DNA from: Octopus bimaculoides
Taxonomy: Eukaryota
Direction of reading: 5' to 3'
DNA length: 64,000 nt
NCBI RefSeq assembly: GCF_001194135.2
Contig: NC_068988.1
Location: 69,040,560-69,104,559, forward strand
Part shown: positions 25,885 to 37,522 of the stretch, piece by piece
Position numbering within the stretch: position 1 is the stretch's first letter
How the letters are laid out: every line of letters begins with the position of its first letter
Made by a program: the position numbers and the translations under genes
Notes under the pieces: generated by a model
Seen by the model: only the letters and a program-made list of their open reading frames with translations
What the model was told of the DNA's origin: nothing
Database searches by the model: none

Positions 25885-26090
25885 TTATTTTTTGTTTGAC
25901 TTTTGCTTTACATTTGTACACGTCTCACCCAAAGACCTCAAGAGACAACAAGTTAGAAGTTCATGCTGGTGTTATGCCTAGGGTGCAATATATTTGGTTT
26001 TGTACATAGTGTTGTTCTAGAGAATGTTTAAGAAGCCATAAGAAAATTACGTGTTTATTTTAAAATTTGAGATAACATAGAAAGTATTTT
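25885..26090 (-). mobile_element. R4/Dong LINE 3' UTR fragment
   Basis: Homologous to 18615-18830, with (TTA)n tail. Confidence 0.75.
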
Positions 26091-26094
26091 GTGT

Positions 26095-26560
26095 GAAGAG
26101 AGAAGATGGCACTGGTTCAGTTCTGAGATGTACATGAATGAGGAATGTTGCATAAAGAAGTGCTATTCACTTAAAGTGAATGGAACTGGTGGAAGAGAGA
26201 GATCCAGGAAGATGAGGGATGAGGCATTGACGGCTGATCACTCCTTATCTTACTCTCTAACTCAGTTTCCTTTCTTTCCTAACCAGGGTATCCATGTATA
26301 TACAGCAAGACGCCTATCTCTGTCAGTCAATGCCTTTTGATGTCTTAACTGGCACAAAGATACCCACTCCCTCCATATCACTCCCAGCTTCAATTTTGAG
26401 GGCTTTTTTCTTAAAGTGATTGGCATTAGGAAGGGCATCCAGCAATAGAGGCCATGCTAAAACAGCTCCTGTCAAGCTATTCAACTTGTGCCAGCATGGA
26501 AAACAGAAGTTAAACGATAATAGTGGTGATGGATGATGACAACGATGACGATGATGATGA
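26095..26560 (+). mobile_element. RTE LINE 3' remnant with family E tail
   Basis: RRWHWF..LKVNGTGGRERSRK, then ttaggaagggcatccagc..(GAT)n. Confidence 0.6.
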
Positions 26561-27141
26561 CGGTTTCATGTAGTACAAATATTATGTGATGTACATAGAA
26601 CACAAAACATTGCATCAAGTAGATAGGGAAGAATATTATAGCTAAGGCTTTCAATCTATTCAATTCAAAACACACTTCTCCATGGAACTGCAAGCAGCTT
26701 ATTTCACCTCACAATTGTGAAAAAACTGTCAAAACTGAGAATATATTGTCAAATTTTAATATAATGAACATATTTATCTATTGTGCCCAGTGTATTGATT
26801 TCAATATTAGATGATGTTTGCACTATGCAAAATATATTACTAATATATAGCAGAGCTCATACGTTATGATAGAAAGCCACTAATAATGTTGAGCTATATA
26901 CCATTCATATATTCTCTGAAACTTATATGCTAATATGTCAACAAATATATATATATATATATATATANNNNNNNNNNNNNNNNNNNNNNNNNNNNNNNNN
27001 NNNNNNNNNNNNNNNNNNNNNNNNNNNNNNNNNNNNNNNNNNNNNNNNNNNNNNNNNNNNNNNNNNNNNNNNNNNNNNNNNNNNNNNNNNNNNNNNNNNN
27101 NNNNNNNNNNNNNNNNNNNNNNNNNNNNNNNNNNNNNNNNN

Positions 27142-27180
<39 letters not shown>

Positions 27181-27877
27181 CATATATACATATACATATG
27201 CACACATATATATACACAAAAATTATACCGAAGAAACCAAAATTCTCTACAAGCCAAATTTTATTTTGCATGCATATATAATATATAATTTACATATATG
27301 CATCTCTCTCTCTCTTTTCCTCCCTCTCTCTCCCTCTCTCTTTCTATACACACACACATATACATACGTCTCTGTATTCTCTCTTTCTTATCTAGTTTAT
27401 GCTATATTGAATAATTTCTCTATAATGCTTATATTGTGTAATTCATATTTAAATCTATACAGACCAAAATATAGTGAATTTCTAATAAAAGCTTATTTCA
27501 TACATCAATACAGGATATGATATAGAGAAATTCTTAAAAGTGTGATTATAAAATTGCCAGCTTACTAATCAATTTCTATTCTTTCATAACTGAATAAATA
27601 TAAATTTGCATATATTAATGACTTCATGTCCATTACACATACATTACATATAAGTGCACTCATTTAAATACTAATGCACATGTGTTTGTGCTTGTGTGTG
27701 AGTGTGCACACATATACATGTGTGTGTATGTACATGTTTGTGTGTGCATGTGTGTGAATGTCCAACAAAAGGTATTTCATTTTGTGTGAGGATTACATCA
27801 CACGCACACACACACATTTGTTTGCACAAGCAAACACATAAATATAGGTGCATATGTATACGCATACATATGTATAT

Positions 27878-28570
27878 GTGGTAAGTAGCTTGCTTACCAA
27901 CCACATGGTTCCGGGTTCAGTCCCACTGCATGGCATCTTGGGCAAGTGTTTTCTACTATAGCTTCAGGCCGACCAAAGCCTTGTGAGTGAATTTGGTAGA
28001 CGGAAACTGAAAGAAGCCCGTCGTATACATGTACATATATGTGTGTGTGTGTGTGTGTGTGTTTGTGTGTCTGTGTTTGTCCCCCCTAGCATTGCTTGAC
28101 AACCGATGCTGGTGTTTTTATGTCCCCGTCATNNNNNNNNNNNNNNNNNNNNNNNNNNNNNNNNNNNNNNNNNNGTATATGTGGTAAGTAGCTTGCTTAC
28201 CAACCACATGGTTCCGGGTTCAGTCCCACTGCATGGCATCTTGGGCAAGTGTTTTCTACTATAGCTTCAGGCCGACCAAAGCCTTGTGAGTGAATTTGGT
28301 AGACGGAAACTGAAAGAAGCCCGTCGTATACATGTACATATATGTGTGTGTGTGTGTGTGTGTGTTTGTGTGTCTGTGTCTGTCCCCCCTAGCATTGCTT
28401 GACAACCGATGCTGGTGTTTTTATGTCCCCGTCATCTAGCAGTTTGGCAAAAGAGACTGATAGAATAAGTACTATGCTTACAAAGAATAAGTTCTGGGGT
28501 CGATTTGCTCGACTAAAGGCGGTGCTCCAGCATGGCAGTAGTCAAATGACTGAAACAAGTAAAAGAGAGT
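27878..28570 (+). mobile_element. SINE family A (5' part duplicated across an assembly gap)
   Basis: 27878-28132 is repeated at 28174-28430. Confidence 0.8.
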
Positions 28571-28670
28571 ATATATATATATATATATATATATATAGGA
28601 TACTGAAATGAATAGTTTACACCTGGTAGCTTACTGGTAAAGCACAGTCATTTTCACAGTGACCGTTATG

Positions 28671-29330
28671 TATATGGTAAATAAATGAATGACGGAAGAT
28701 GGAAGAAATGAGAATTCATTATTAATCACGACAATTGCTTTGACATATCTAGCATTGATCCCTCATGGGTGGGACATTCAACAACTGATTCGAGAGCATC
28801 CAGCAATGCAGATGTGTCTTATCTGGTGATAAATAGACACAACTCATTAAAATAATTCTTCTACAATGTATCTTCTCATTTCCTAGAAAGAAAAGCAGCA
28901 AATTGAAGGAAATATCTTAGATTTTTGCAGATGCTACGCTGAGTGAGAGTACACATGTCATGCAGCCTGTGCACAGGTGTTTGCATATCCATATTTGTTA
29001 ATGTTTATTTTTAATACTTTTTCCCTTTGTATTGTGTGTTTGTTTCCTTTTTGCATCAGTGATTTTATTTTTTATCTACGTAAATGAAGATATTTCCTTC
29101 ATTTTGCTGCTTCTCTTTCTATGAAATGAGAAGATACATTGCAGAACTGTTATTTTAAAGAGTTGTGTCTATTTATCACTTGATGAAACACATTTGAACC
29201 GCTGGATGCTCCTGAACCAGTTGTTAAGTGTCCCACCTGTGAAGGATTGAGGCTAGATGTGTCGAAACAATTGTTGTGATTAATAATAAATTCTCGTATA
29301 TTCCATTTTCCATCTTTCGTTTACCATATA
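28671..29330. mobile_element. 660-bp foldback with ~260-bp inverted arms, each carrying a degenerate minimal hammerhead; inverted PLE pseudo-LTR
   Basis: 28671-28932 is the reverse complement of 29074-29330 (roughly 80-85% identity by eye). HHR motifs at 28727-28771 (-) and 29234-29278 (+). Confidence 0.8.
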
Positions 29331-29349
29331 TATATACATGCATATATAC

Positions 29350-29408
<59 letters not shown>

Positions 29409-29474
29409 CACACATACAGATACACTTGTGTGCATGTATGTACATATTTCCATTTACTACAACTACTGCTACTG

Positions 29475-29541
<67 letters not shown>

Positions 29542-29559
29542 TAATAATAATAAAAAAAT

Positions 29560-31250
29560 TCAGTTTGCCTTAAGTGGTACTGATAACATGAAACCTGGTA
29601 CAATTTGTTGCATGGTCGAGTTGTCAGTTGCTAAACCAGCAACCCCCACCTAGCTCGTTTGGTAAGGAGGGTGACTTGTGGACATCCTGTGTGGTAAAAG
29701 ATAAAATTGTTAAAGGGCTGAAGAACTCAGTAGAATCAGTGACCATCCAGAGATTTGTAAAATATGCAGCGGTAGAGTATAAAACACTCAACTGATAACC
29801 ATCTCAGGATCGATCACTTCAATTTCCAGGTTTGGGGGCCCCTTAAAGTTGTTTATGTCACCCTCTAGGTATGGTGATGTGAATGACTAGAGTTCATGTC
29901 ACAATAAAAGAGAGCACTGGTCATGGTGGAACTTTAAAACCACTAACCTCAATGAGTGGAATGAATCAAAACAATGATTGGAGCTTCTAGTGAAGGTGCT
30001 TCATCTGGCCGGTATACTATGGGTGAACAGCACAGGCTCAGTCATTATCATAATACTGCTTGAATGAAGTAGAGGAAGGAGGTAAACAAAGCTGTAATGG
30101 AGTGTTATTTTAGGCCTTTGAATGGAAATGGTGTGGCAATTAGAGGATATAGACAAAGGATGTTACAAGTATGACAGGAAATAGGGCTCCTTGAATCAAC
30201 TGAACAGAGGACCAAGCAAGGGCAATATGCAAAAATGGATAGCTATCTGAGATGCAGGTTGAAATGATAAAGAACAAGATAAGCAAGGAGGGTGTGGAGG
30301 ATATAGAAGCTCAGGATGCTGGAGATTCAAAAATAGATGAGAATATGTACAATGGAGGAATCCAACAGGAAGAGGCAAAACTGAATACTCAAAATGATAT
30401 GGGATGTGACATTATCAGCAATGAACTGGTGGACATTTTGGAAAAAGATGGATGGATGATTACTGATGAATTGTAAATCTTTAAATCAGGAGTCATCCAA
30501 AAGATTTTTAAAATGCAAACCAACGTCAGGTAGATGAAATAATTAACAAAACAAACAACATCTTTGACAAGGTGCCAACTAGAACCATTACAGCACAGAA
30601 ACCAACAATCTCAGCACTGCAAGTATCTACATTGCTGAAGAGTTAGGTCTGAAACAGACTTCACAAAAGTTGATCAAGGAACGATGGTGGAAAAGGAGAA
30701 TTGAAGGGGATATCAAAATGCTTAGGAAAGATATTAATATTCTGGAACGGAGAAAACAAAGTGAAGGAAGAAAAAGGAGAAAGATTTAATAACTTACAGG
30801 GAAGTACAATATCGGGAGTAAGAAGATAATTATAATAACTGAAGGGCTGTAACAAAGACTCAGAAGAGATTTTATGTGGAAATGAATGGTATGGTTAGGA
30901 ATGATGATGTAATTCCTGATGCAGATGAAAGTAAGGAGTTTTGGGGTGATATTTAGATTGTAGGAAAAGAGCTCAACAGAAGTGTGGAGTGGCTGACTTA
31001 CATTAAAAATGACATTCGGGATAATCATCAGGGTGAATAGGAGATAACATATAATATGATAACTATCCAGTGTAGAAAGATGCCAGATTGAAAAGCTTCC
31101 AGGAGGGACAGGATGCAAGGGTTCTGAATGAAAAAACTGAGGGCTCTTCTTGGGAGAATTGCAGAGTAACTGAATAAGATCTTGAACAGAGAAAAGAGGT
31201 TGCCAGAATGGCTAACCTTTGAGAGAACAATTTTGAGTTTGAATGTATGG
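29560..31250 (+). mobile_element. R4/Dong-clade LINE 5' portion (5' UTR, N-terminus, start of RT), degenerate
   Basis: VMECYF..GYRQRM; [23 protein letters not shown]; WKAPGRDRMQGF..LPEWLT. Begins right after (TAA)n. Confidence 0.8.
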
Positions 31251-31289
31251 AACAGTGGTGGTAGTGGTAGTGGTCGTGGAGAGGCTGAT

Positions 31290-31440
31290 TTCATTGATAC
31301 TCAACTGATACTTATTTATTGACCCTGAAAGGATGAAAGGCAAAGTTAACCTTGGTAGAATTTGATCGGATGGAGACAAACGAAATGCTGCTAAGCATTT
31401 CTTCTGGCATGCTAACGATTTTGTCAGCTCGCTGCCTTAA
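31290..31440 (-). mobile_element. SINE family B copy
   Basis: aggatgaaaggcaaagttaacc..tgctaacgattttgtcagctcgctgcc. Confidence 0.7.
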
Positions 31441-31460
31441 TATTATCAATAACTGTTATT

Positions 31461-31770
31461 GAAGGCACATGGCTCAGTCATTAGAGTGTCGAGCTTACGA
31501 TCGTGAGGTTGTGAGTTCGAATCCCAGACTGAGCTGCATGTTATGTTCTTGAGCAAGACACTTTATTTCATGCTGCTCCAGTTCATTCAGCTGTAGAAAT
31601 GAGTTGCGACGTCACAGGTGCCAAGCTGTATCAGCCTTTGTCTTTCCCTTGGATAACACTGGTGGCATGGAGAGGGGAGGCTGGTATGCATGGGCGACTG
31701 CTGGTCTTCCATAAACATCATTGCCGGACTTGTGCCTGGGAGGGTAACTTTTTAGGTGCAACCCCATGGT
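31461..31770 (+). mobile_element. tRNA-derived SINE family D (CORE-like central motif)
   Basis: ggcacatggctcagtcattag..gttcgaatccc A/B boxes, followed by ttgagcaagacacttta. Confidence 0.75.
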
Positions 31771-32065
31771 CTCAAATATATATATCAAATTTTCATTTCA
31801 AATACATATATATATATATATANNNNNNNNNNNNNNNNNNNNNNNNNNNNNNNNNNNNNNNNNNNNNNNNNNNNNNNNNNNNNNNNNNNNNNNNNNNNNN
31901 NNNNNNNNNNNNNNNNNNNNNNNNNNNNNNNNNNNNNNNNNNNNNNNNNNNNNNNNNNNNNNNNNNNNNNNNNNNNNNNNNNNNNNNNNNNNNNNNNNNN
32001 NNNNNNNNNNNNNNNNNNNNNNNNNNNNNNNNNNNNNNNNNNNNNNNNNNNNNNNNNNNNATATA

Positions 32066-32184
32066 TAATAGTTATCGCCAAGCCAACATGGCAGTCCCAA
32101 AATTAGGACGAAAGCTGCCGTAAATTAGCTCCAAGAAGCCATCGCCTCTAGCTAGCTGCCATGTTGGCTTGGCGATAACTATTA
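32066..32184. mobile_element. Young 119-bp MITE with perfect 29-bp inverted repeat (27-bp TIR plus TA)
   Basis: TAATAGTTATCGCCAAGCCAACATGGCAG and its exact reverse complement. CpGs undecayed. Confidence 0.85.
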
Positions 32185-33105
32185 ATTTCCAGTACCGCTG
32201 CCGTAGTCTCCTTTAGAGAGACTTAGAAATATTAATAACTCTATATATATATACATATATACCTTATACATTTATTTCGGAATTCATTGATGTGATATTG
32301 TGCAAGACAGTCCGTATATTTTTACCATTTCTTTCTTTCACTTTATAAACTGTCTCTACCTAAAATATATTTCAAATCATCCAGAAATGGTGTTTATAGA
32401 CAAAAGACACAAAAGGAAGCTTTTTATGCTGCCATTAATATTTGCAAAGAAATTAGATGCTATTCAGACTATTTTCTATAACAACGAAAAGGAAAATCTT
32501 TTGAGAAAAACTTCTGACTGCAAATAAAATCCTGATACAATATACAGCTGACATAAAATTCAATATCTAGAGAGATATGAACATTAATAACAACATCAAT
32601 AATAGTAGCAATAATTATATCAATATTACTAAAATAAAGTAAATATGAAAAAATAACTAAGCAAATGTTTCTTTCACAGTGAAAACAAAGAATGGAATTG
32701 CTATATCATTTATGAGAAATTCAAAAATAAATTTATTCGGATATTAAAATAGTCATTAAGCGTCATTTCTTCTCCCAACCCACATCATAGTAAACTGTTT
32801 TTGAGAGTCACTATTATTCAAATAATAATATAGTGAAAATGTTATTTCACATGCAAACCAATTAATAAATCAAAAGTCAACGATACATCTTTCCTTTCCA
32901 GTGTTAGATTTTGTTTGATTTTTAAAGAAATTTTATTTGCAAAGGTAAAAGTGAAAACTGATGATCATTGTATGTAAGGATATAATGGTAAAACTGCATT
33001 AATTTAATATGGAATAATTTATGAATTGCATTCAACGAATATTGTTGCTATTGTTGTTATCATTGTTATTGCTGTTTTTATCATTGTTGTTGATCTTAGC
33101 ACTGA

Positions 33106-33302
33106 TCAGTTCAAATTGAGGTCCATTATATCAAAGATATTCTTTAAAAGACTATTGCATTTATCACACAAACATTTTCTACTGTGTCCTTCCATTATTT
33201 TCATGATGAAAGGAAGTGACTTAGCGAAAAATTTTGTTGTTAACTGTAGCAAGTTCAGTGACCACAAACAGCAATGTTCCCAAAATTGGGGTGCTACCAT
33301 AC
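33106..33302 (-). CDS. Candidate terminal exon of a - strand gene: (G)MVAPQFWEHCCLWSLNLLQL..KCLCDKCNSLLKNIFDIMDLNLN*
   Basis: ttttttctccccgtag acceptor and 65 open codons. A phase-2 reading YGSTPILGTLLFVVTELATVNNKIFR* is also open. Confidence 0.35.
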
Positions 33303-33433
33303 CTACGGGGAGAAAAAATTCCTTTCAAACATAGAGATGAAATGTTTAAATAAGAAATTAAATTTCAACTGATTTTCAATATAACTATGGAAGATTTATT
33401 ATGAAAGGGATACTTGATTAATCTTACACTCAC

Positions 33434-33455
33434 CTGTGTATTGAAGGAGTATTAT
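33434..33455 (-). CDS. Candidate 22-nt exon (IILLQYTG or DNTPSIHR) upstream of 33302
   Basis: CAG|gtgagt donor, ctgtaatcag acceptor, 131-nt intron, compatible with either reading. Confidence 0.3.
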
Positions 33456-34204
33456 CTGATTACAGAGTATTAAGTGTTGTCCAAGTATAGAGTACTAACT
33501 ATTGTGTGTCCTAAAATACTGAGTCAGCAGTATCATAGAACCTTAGACTTAATTGATTTAAGTTTCGCCATCCATGCTGTCAAAACAAATCCCACCTGGA
33601 TTACCTTTGATTTCATCCCGAGAGGGTTAATAAGATTAACTCCAAAGTAATTACCTAATTAACTACCTGTAGTAACCCATTCTTACAGACATTGCGATTT
33701 TAAATGAGTTAAGTGGTTGCAATTAAATTAGTGGATAACTATTGCATCACCATAATTTTGAATGTAGAATATTTTGACATCAGTAAAATTTTAAAGGCAT
33801 TAACTAGAACAATTAACTCCTTGTGAGTATTGCTGTGATTGGTCTATCCGTTTCCTAGTAATAATAATGATAATAATAATAATAATAATCTTTTCTACTA
33901 ACGGCTCAAGGCCTGAAATTTGGAGGGAGGGACTAGTTGAATACATCAATCCCAGCGTCTCACAGGTACTTAATTTAGTGACCCCCACCCCCAAAAGGAT
34001 GAAAGGCAAAATTGACCTCAACAGAATTTATAATAATAATAACAACAACAACAACAATAATAATAATCCTTTTCACTATAGGCACAAGGCCTGAAACTTT
34101 TAGAGATGATGCTCTCACAAACAATGAACCTGACCACTCTCAAAAATTAAATAAAAAACTGGGAAAATAATCCAGAATCCTTGTCCAGTACTTGATCAAT
34201 CTCA

Positions 34205-34443
34205 ATGGTAGTCATGGAATGTGAAGATGGGTGTGTGGGCTGTATTTGTAATGCTGTGTGTGTGTCATCTGCAGTGGGAACAGGGACAGTTTTCTCTATG
34301 AAGGCCTTTTTTAGTCTATCCTTTGATATAGTATCTTTAGGTCCATTAAGGTTTATAGTGAAACATTTACCTGTGTGTGAAAGAACACAGAAAGGACCTG
34401 CATACGGTGCTGTTAACGGAAGTTTAACAACATCATTGCACAC
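34205..34443 (-). mobile_element. Gypsy LTR-retrotransposon integrase C-terminal remnant
   Basis: PLTAPYAGPFCVLSHTGKCFTINLNGPKDTISKDRLKKAF (GPF/Y module). Confidence 0.75.
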
Positions 34444-34483
34444 AAAACTGTGAGTCCAAGAAGTAAAGCTCCCTTCAATGCAG

Positions 34484-34508
34484 AGCTAGAAATGCAATTG
34501 TTAAGTAG
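34484..34508 (+). CDS. Candidate 25-nt exon (E)LEMQLLS(R), phase 1 to 2
   Basis: Strong AG|gtaaga donor and modest acceptor. Phase matches 43915. Confidence 0.3.
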
Positions 34509-34854
34509 GTAAGATGTTTTAAACGGGAGTGATATATTTAAAATTGGTAAAACTATAACTTGTGATGGTTAAATTAAATATATTATTGTTACTGAATATG
34601 TTAGTGTCATTTAATTTCTGAACGGCTTTGCTGTTGTTTGTTTATGTAACTTGATTTCTTTATCCATCAGTTTCTACTAAGATAGAGACACGAGTGAAAT
34701 TAATAATAGAGAAATTAAAATAAAACTTTGGAAACAGCAATGCTGCCATAACTTACATGGAAACCATTAGCGTGCTTTCAAGGGAGAAAATCAGAGAAAA
34801 ACTTGAAAGTTAATGTAAGATCATAATACTTCATGTAAAGTAAAGTAAGTATAA

Positions 34855-35050
34855 CAAATAATCCAGAACCCTTGTCCAGTAGTGAATTGATCCCAATATC
34901 TACTCAGCTTGTGTCAGTCATGAAGACAAACATCCCAACATCCCTGAAAGTTTCATCTGAATCCAGCCAGTGGTTCTTGAGATATCTTGTCCATAGACAA
35001 ACAAACATAACTGAAAACAATAGCCTCTGCCTTTGCTAAGGTGGAGGTAA
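34855..35050 (+). mobile_element. Helentron-associated (HINE/DINE-like) non-autonomous element
   Basis: aataatccagaa..aagttttcatctgaatccagccagtggttcttgagatatc..(acaa)n..gaaaac, then 3' hairpin CCTCTGCCTT-tgct-AAGGTGGAGG at 35024-35047. A second 5' fragment lies at about 34165-34205. Confidence 0.55.
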
Positions 35051-35620
35051 TAGTGCCCTGTTGCAGTACCAGGCAGTGGCTCATATGGCTTCTAATCTTA
35101 ACTGATTGGAAGTGTTATCATGTACGTGTTTTGTTTTGGTATAAAAGATGGGCTACAGAAAATATTCTGCTCAATACCACAGATTTGTTTGCCAGTTGTT
35201 TGAATTTAACCAGTGAAGTGCATCCCTTCGTGGGTGATGATATGTGCATTTCTGATCATGTGCAGAAGTAATGGGGGAGTATCATAGCCATGTGTTGAGA
35301 GGAATTCTTTGGAGTTTGGATAATTCACCTTTAGAAACATAGGTGTTTTGTTCATCATCCTTAAACAACCCTTATTCAGGAACCTTTTGAGCAGGATGGA
35401 CTACTCGACTTGAAGAAAATTCTAACTAGGCCCCACCTGCAAGATCATGCACTGTTTATCTTGATATGAGATCACTATGTCATGCACATATGGCTGTGAT
35501 GCATGTGCCTGGTGTATCCTTATCAGACGGGTAGTCATGATGGGTACAATGGGCTTCGTATATATTTTGGCCCAGTGTCACTTTGATGGCATGCACTGCT
35601 CTCTCTCAATAAATAATAAT
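35051..35620 (+). mobile_element. Retroposon family G with (TAA)n tail
   Basis: Homolog of 18075-18605. Confidence 0.75.
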
Positions 35621-36475
35621 AATAATAATCAAATGCAGGATAATGCTAATAATATAGCCTGTGTTTCAGAATTTAAAATTACTTCTTTAACTTTCTAAGA
35701 CATCTCAACGCTTCTAAAAGCAAACTTCGTTTGTTTGTTTACATTCATCGTAATTNNNNNNNNNNATAATAATCAAATGCAGGATAATGCTAATAATATA
35801 GCCTGTGTTTCAGAATTTAAAATTACTTCTTTAACTTTCTAAGACATCTCAACGCTTCTAAAAGCAAACTTCGTTTGTTTGTTTACATTCATCGTAATTT
35901 GAATTTAATAATAATGACAATGATGGTTTCAAATTTTGGTGCAAGGCCAGCAATTTTTTAAGGGAGTGGGTAAGTTGATTACATGAACCCCAGTATTCAA
36001 CTGGTACTTATTTTATCAACCCCAAAATGATGGGAGATAAAGTCAACCCCGATGGCATTTGAGCTCAGAACATAAGGTTGAAGGAAATGCTGCCATGCAT
36101 TTATTCCGGTACAGTAACAGTTCTGTCAGCTCACTGCCCTAATAATAATAATAATAATAATGATGATGATGATGATGATGATGATAATGGTAATAATAAC
36201 AATAATTGGTCCCAGCTGTGAAACTTTAGTATCCACTTTTGTATGTCTGCATGGATGAGACGGAATTTGTTGAAGCTGATTTTGTATAGCCAGATGCCCT
36301 TACAGCCATCAGTCCTCCCTTGTTTTCAACTTAAGTAATATTCTCTATGACCAGACATTTTCTTGGAAAACTGGAAACAGAAGACACTGTTTGTATGATG
36401 AAGAAATTGTTTACAATTATCATGCAATGTCACATTGCGGCAACAAAGATACATAATATATGTACACACACAAAC

Positions 36476-36535
<60 letters not shown>

Positions 36536-36700
36536 NNNNNNNNNNNNNNNNNNNNNNNNNNNNNNNNNNNNNNNNNNNNNNNNNNNNNNNNNNNNNNNNN
36601 NNNNNNNNNNTATATATATATTTGTGTCAGGAGGCAGTAGAAGAAGCTTTCCAAGTGTGTCAATCAGTGAAACAAATGTCTTAACCACACAGTCATACCT

Positions 36701-36734
<34 letters not shown>

Positions 36735-37029
36735 GTCTTGATGGGTATACTGGGCTTCCTATATTTTACTCCAGTGTCACTTTGATGGCATGCACTGCTC
36801 GCTCACTCAATAATAGTAATAACAATAATGATAAAAATAGCAATATCAATAATAATAATTGTTGCTGCTGTTGTTGTTGTAATATTCTAATTGCCTCTAA
36901 TTATTACAACTTTAATTGGTCTCATCAGTGCTATACTGAATTAACCTTTGCAGTACTGATTTAAAGTTTGGAACTTTATTTAACAAAATGCCAAACAGTT
37001 CATTAAGATGGAAAATATTAAATTCTTTA

Positions 37030-37522
37030 TGAATGCTTAAAATCACTTTTCTGATTTTCATTCTGATTTTCATTCAAATCGTGAAATACCCATTTGCTTT
37101 TTACATGGATCTTTCTCAATGATGGTCTTTAATTAACCATCATCAATGACAGATGGGCATCCACTACGCTCATGAATTTCAAGGCTCAGGTCTCCACTGC
37201 GAAATCCTTTAAACTATTTTCAAGCTGACCACTCACTGGTCATTTCTTCACTAACTATTCGATATCGAGAGCAGTTTCAGCTGCTTTATGACTTTTTTTG
37301 AAGTTGAATAACAAATTTGCTCGAATATCGTTCCATTTCAGATGATTGTAACAACTGTTAGAAAAATATCAATGTTAATTTATTGATGCATTTGGGCAAG
37401 TCTTTGACTGTATTATCAGACAATTGCAAAAAATGTTTTAAAAAAATTTTAAACTCTGCAAAAATCCAGCACAAATTCTTGACACTTCAAAATGTTGCTT
37501 ACTTTTTTACCCAACCTGATGT
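37030..37522 (-). mobile_element. Mariner 5' fragment
   Basis: IRANLLFNFKKSHKAAETA..WV.HDLNENQ, with a TIR-like TCAGGTTGGGTAAAAAGTAA at about 37500-37522. Confidence 0.7.

Noticed and set aside
23609-32527. Further + strand exon-like segments (23609, 24686, 26801, 27469, 32390)
   Set aside because: Open frames exist and some chain in phase, but donors are weak or absent. Not distinguishable from chance without transcripts.
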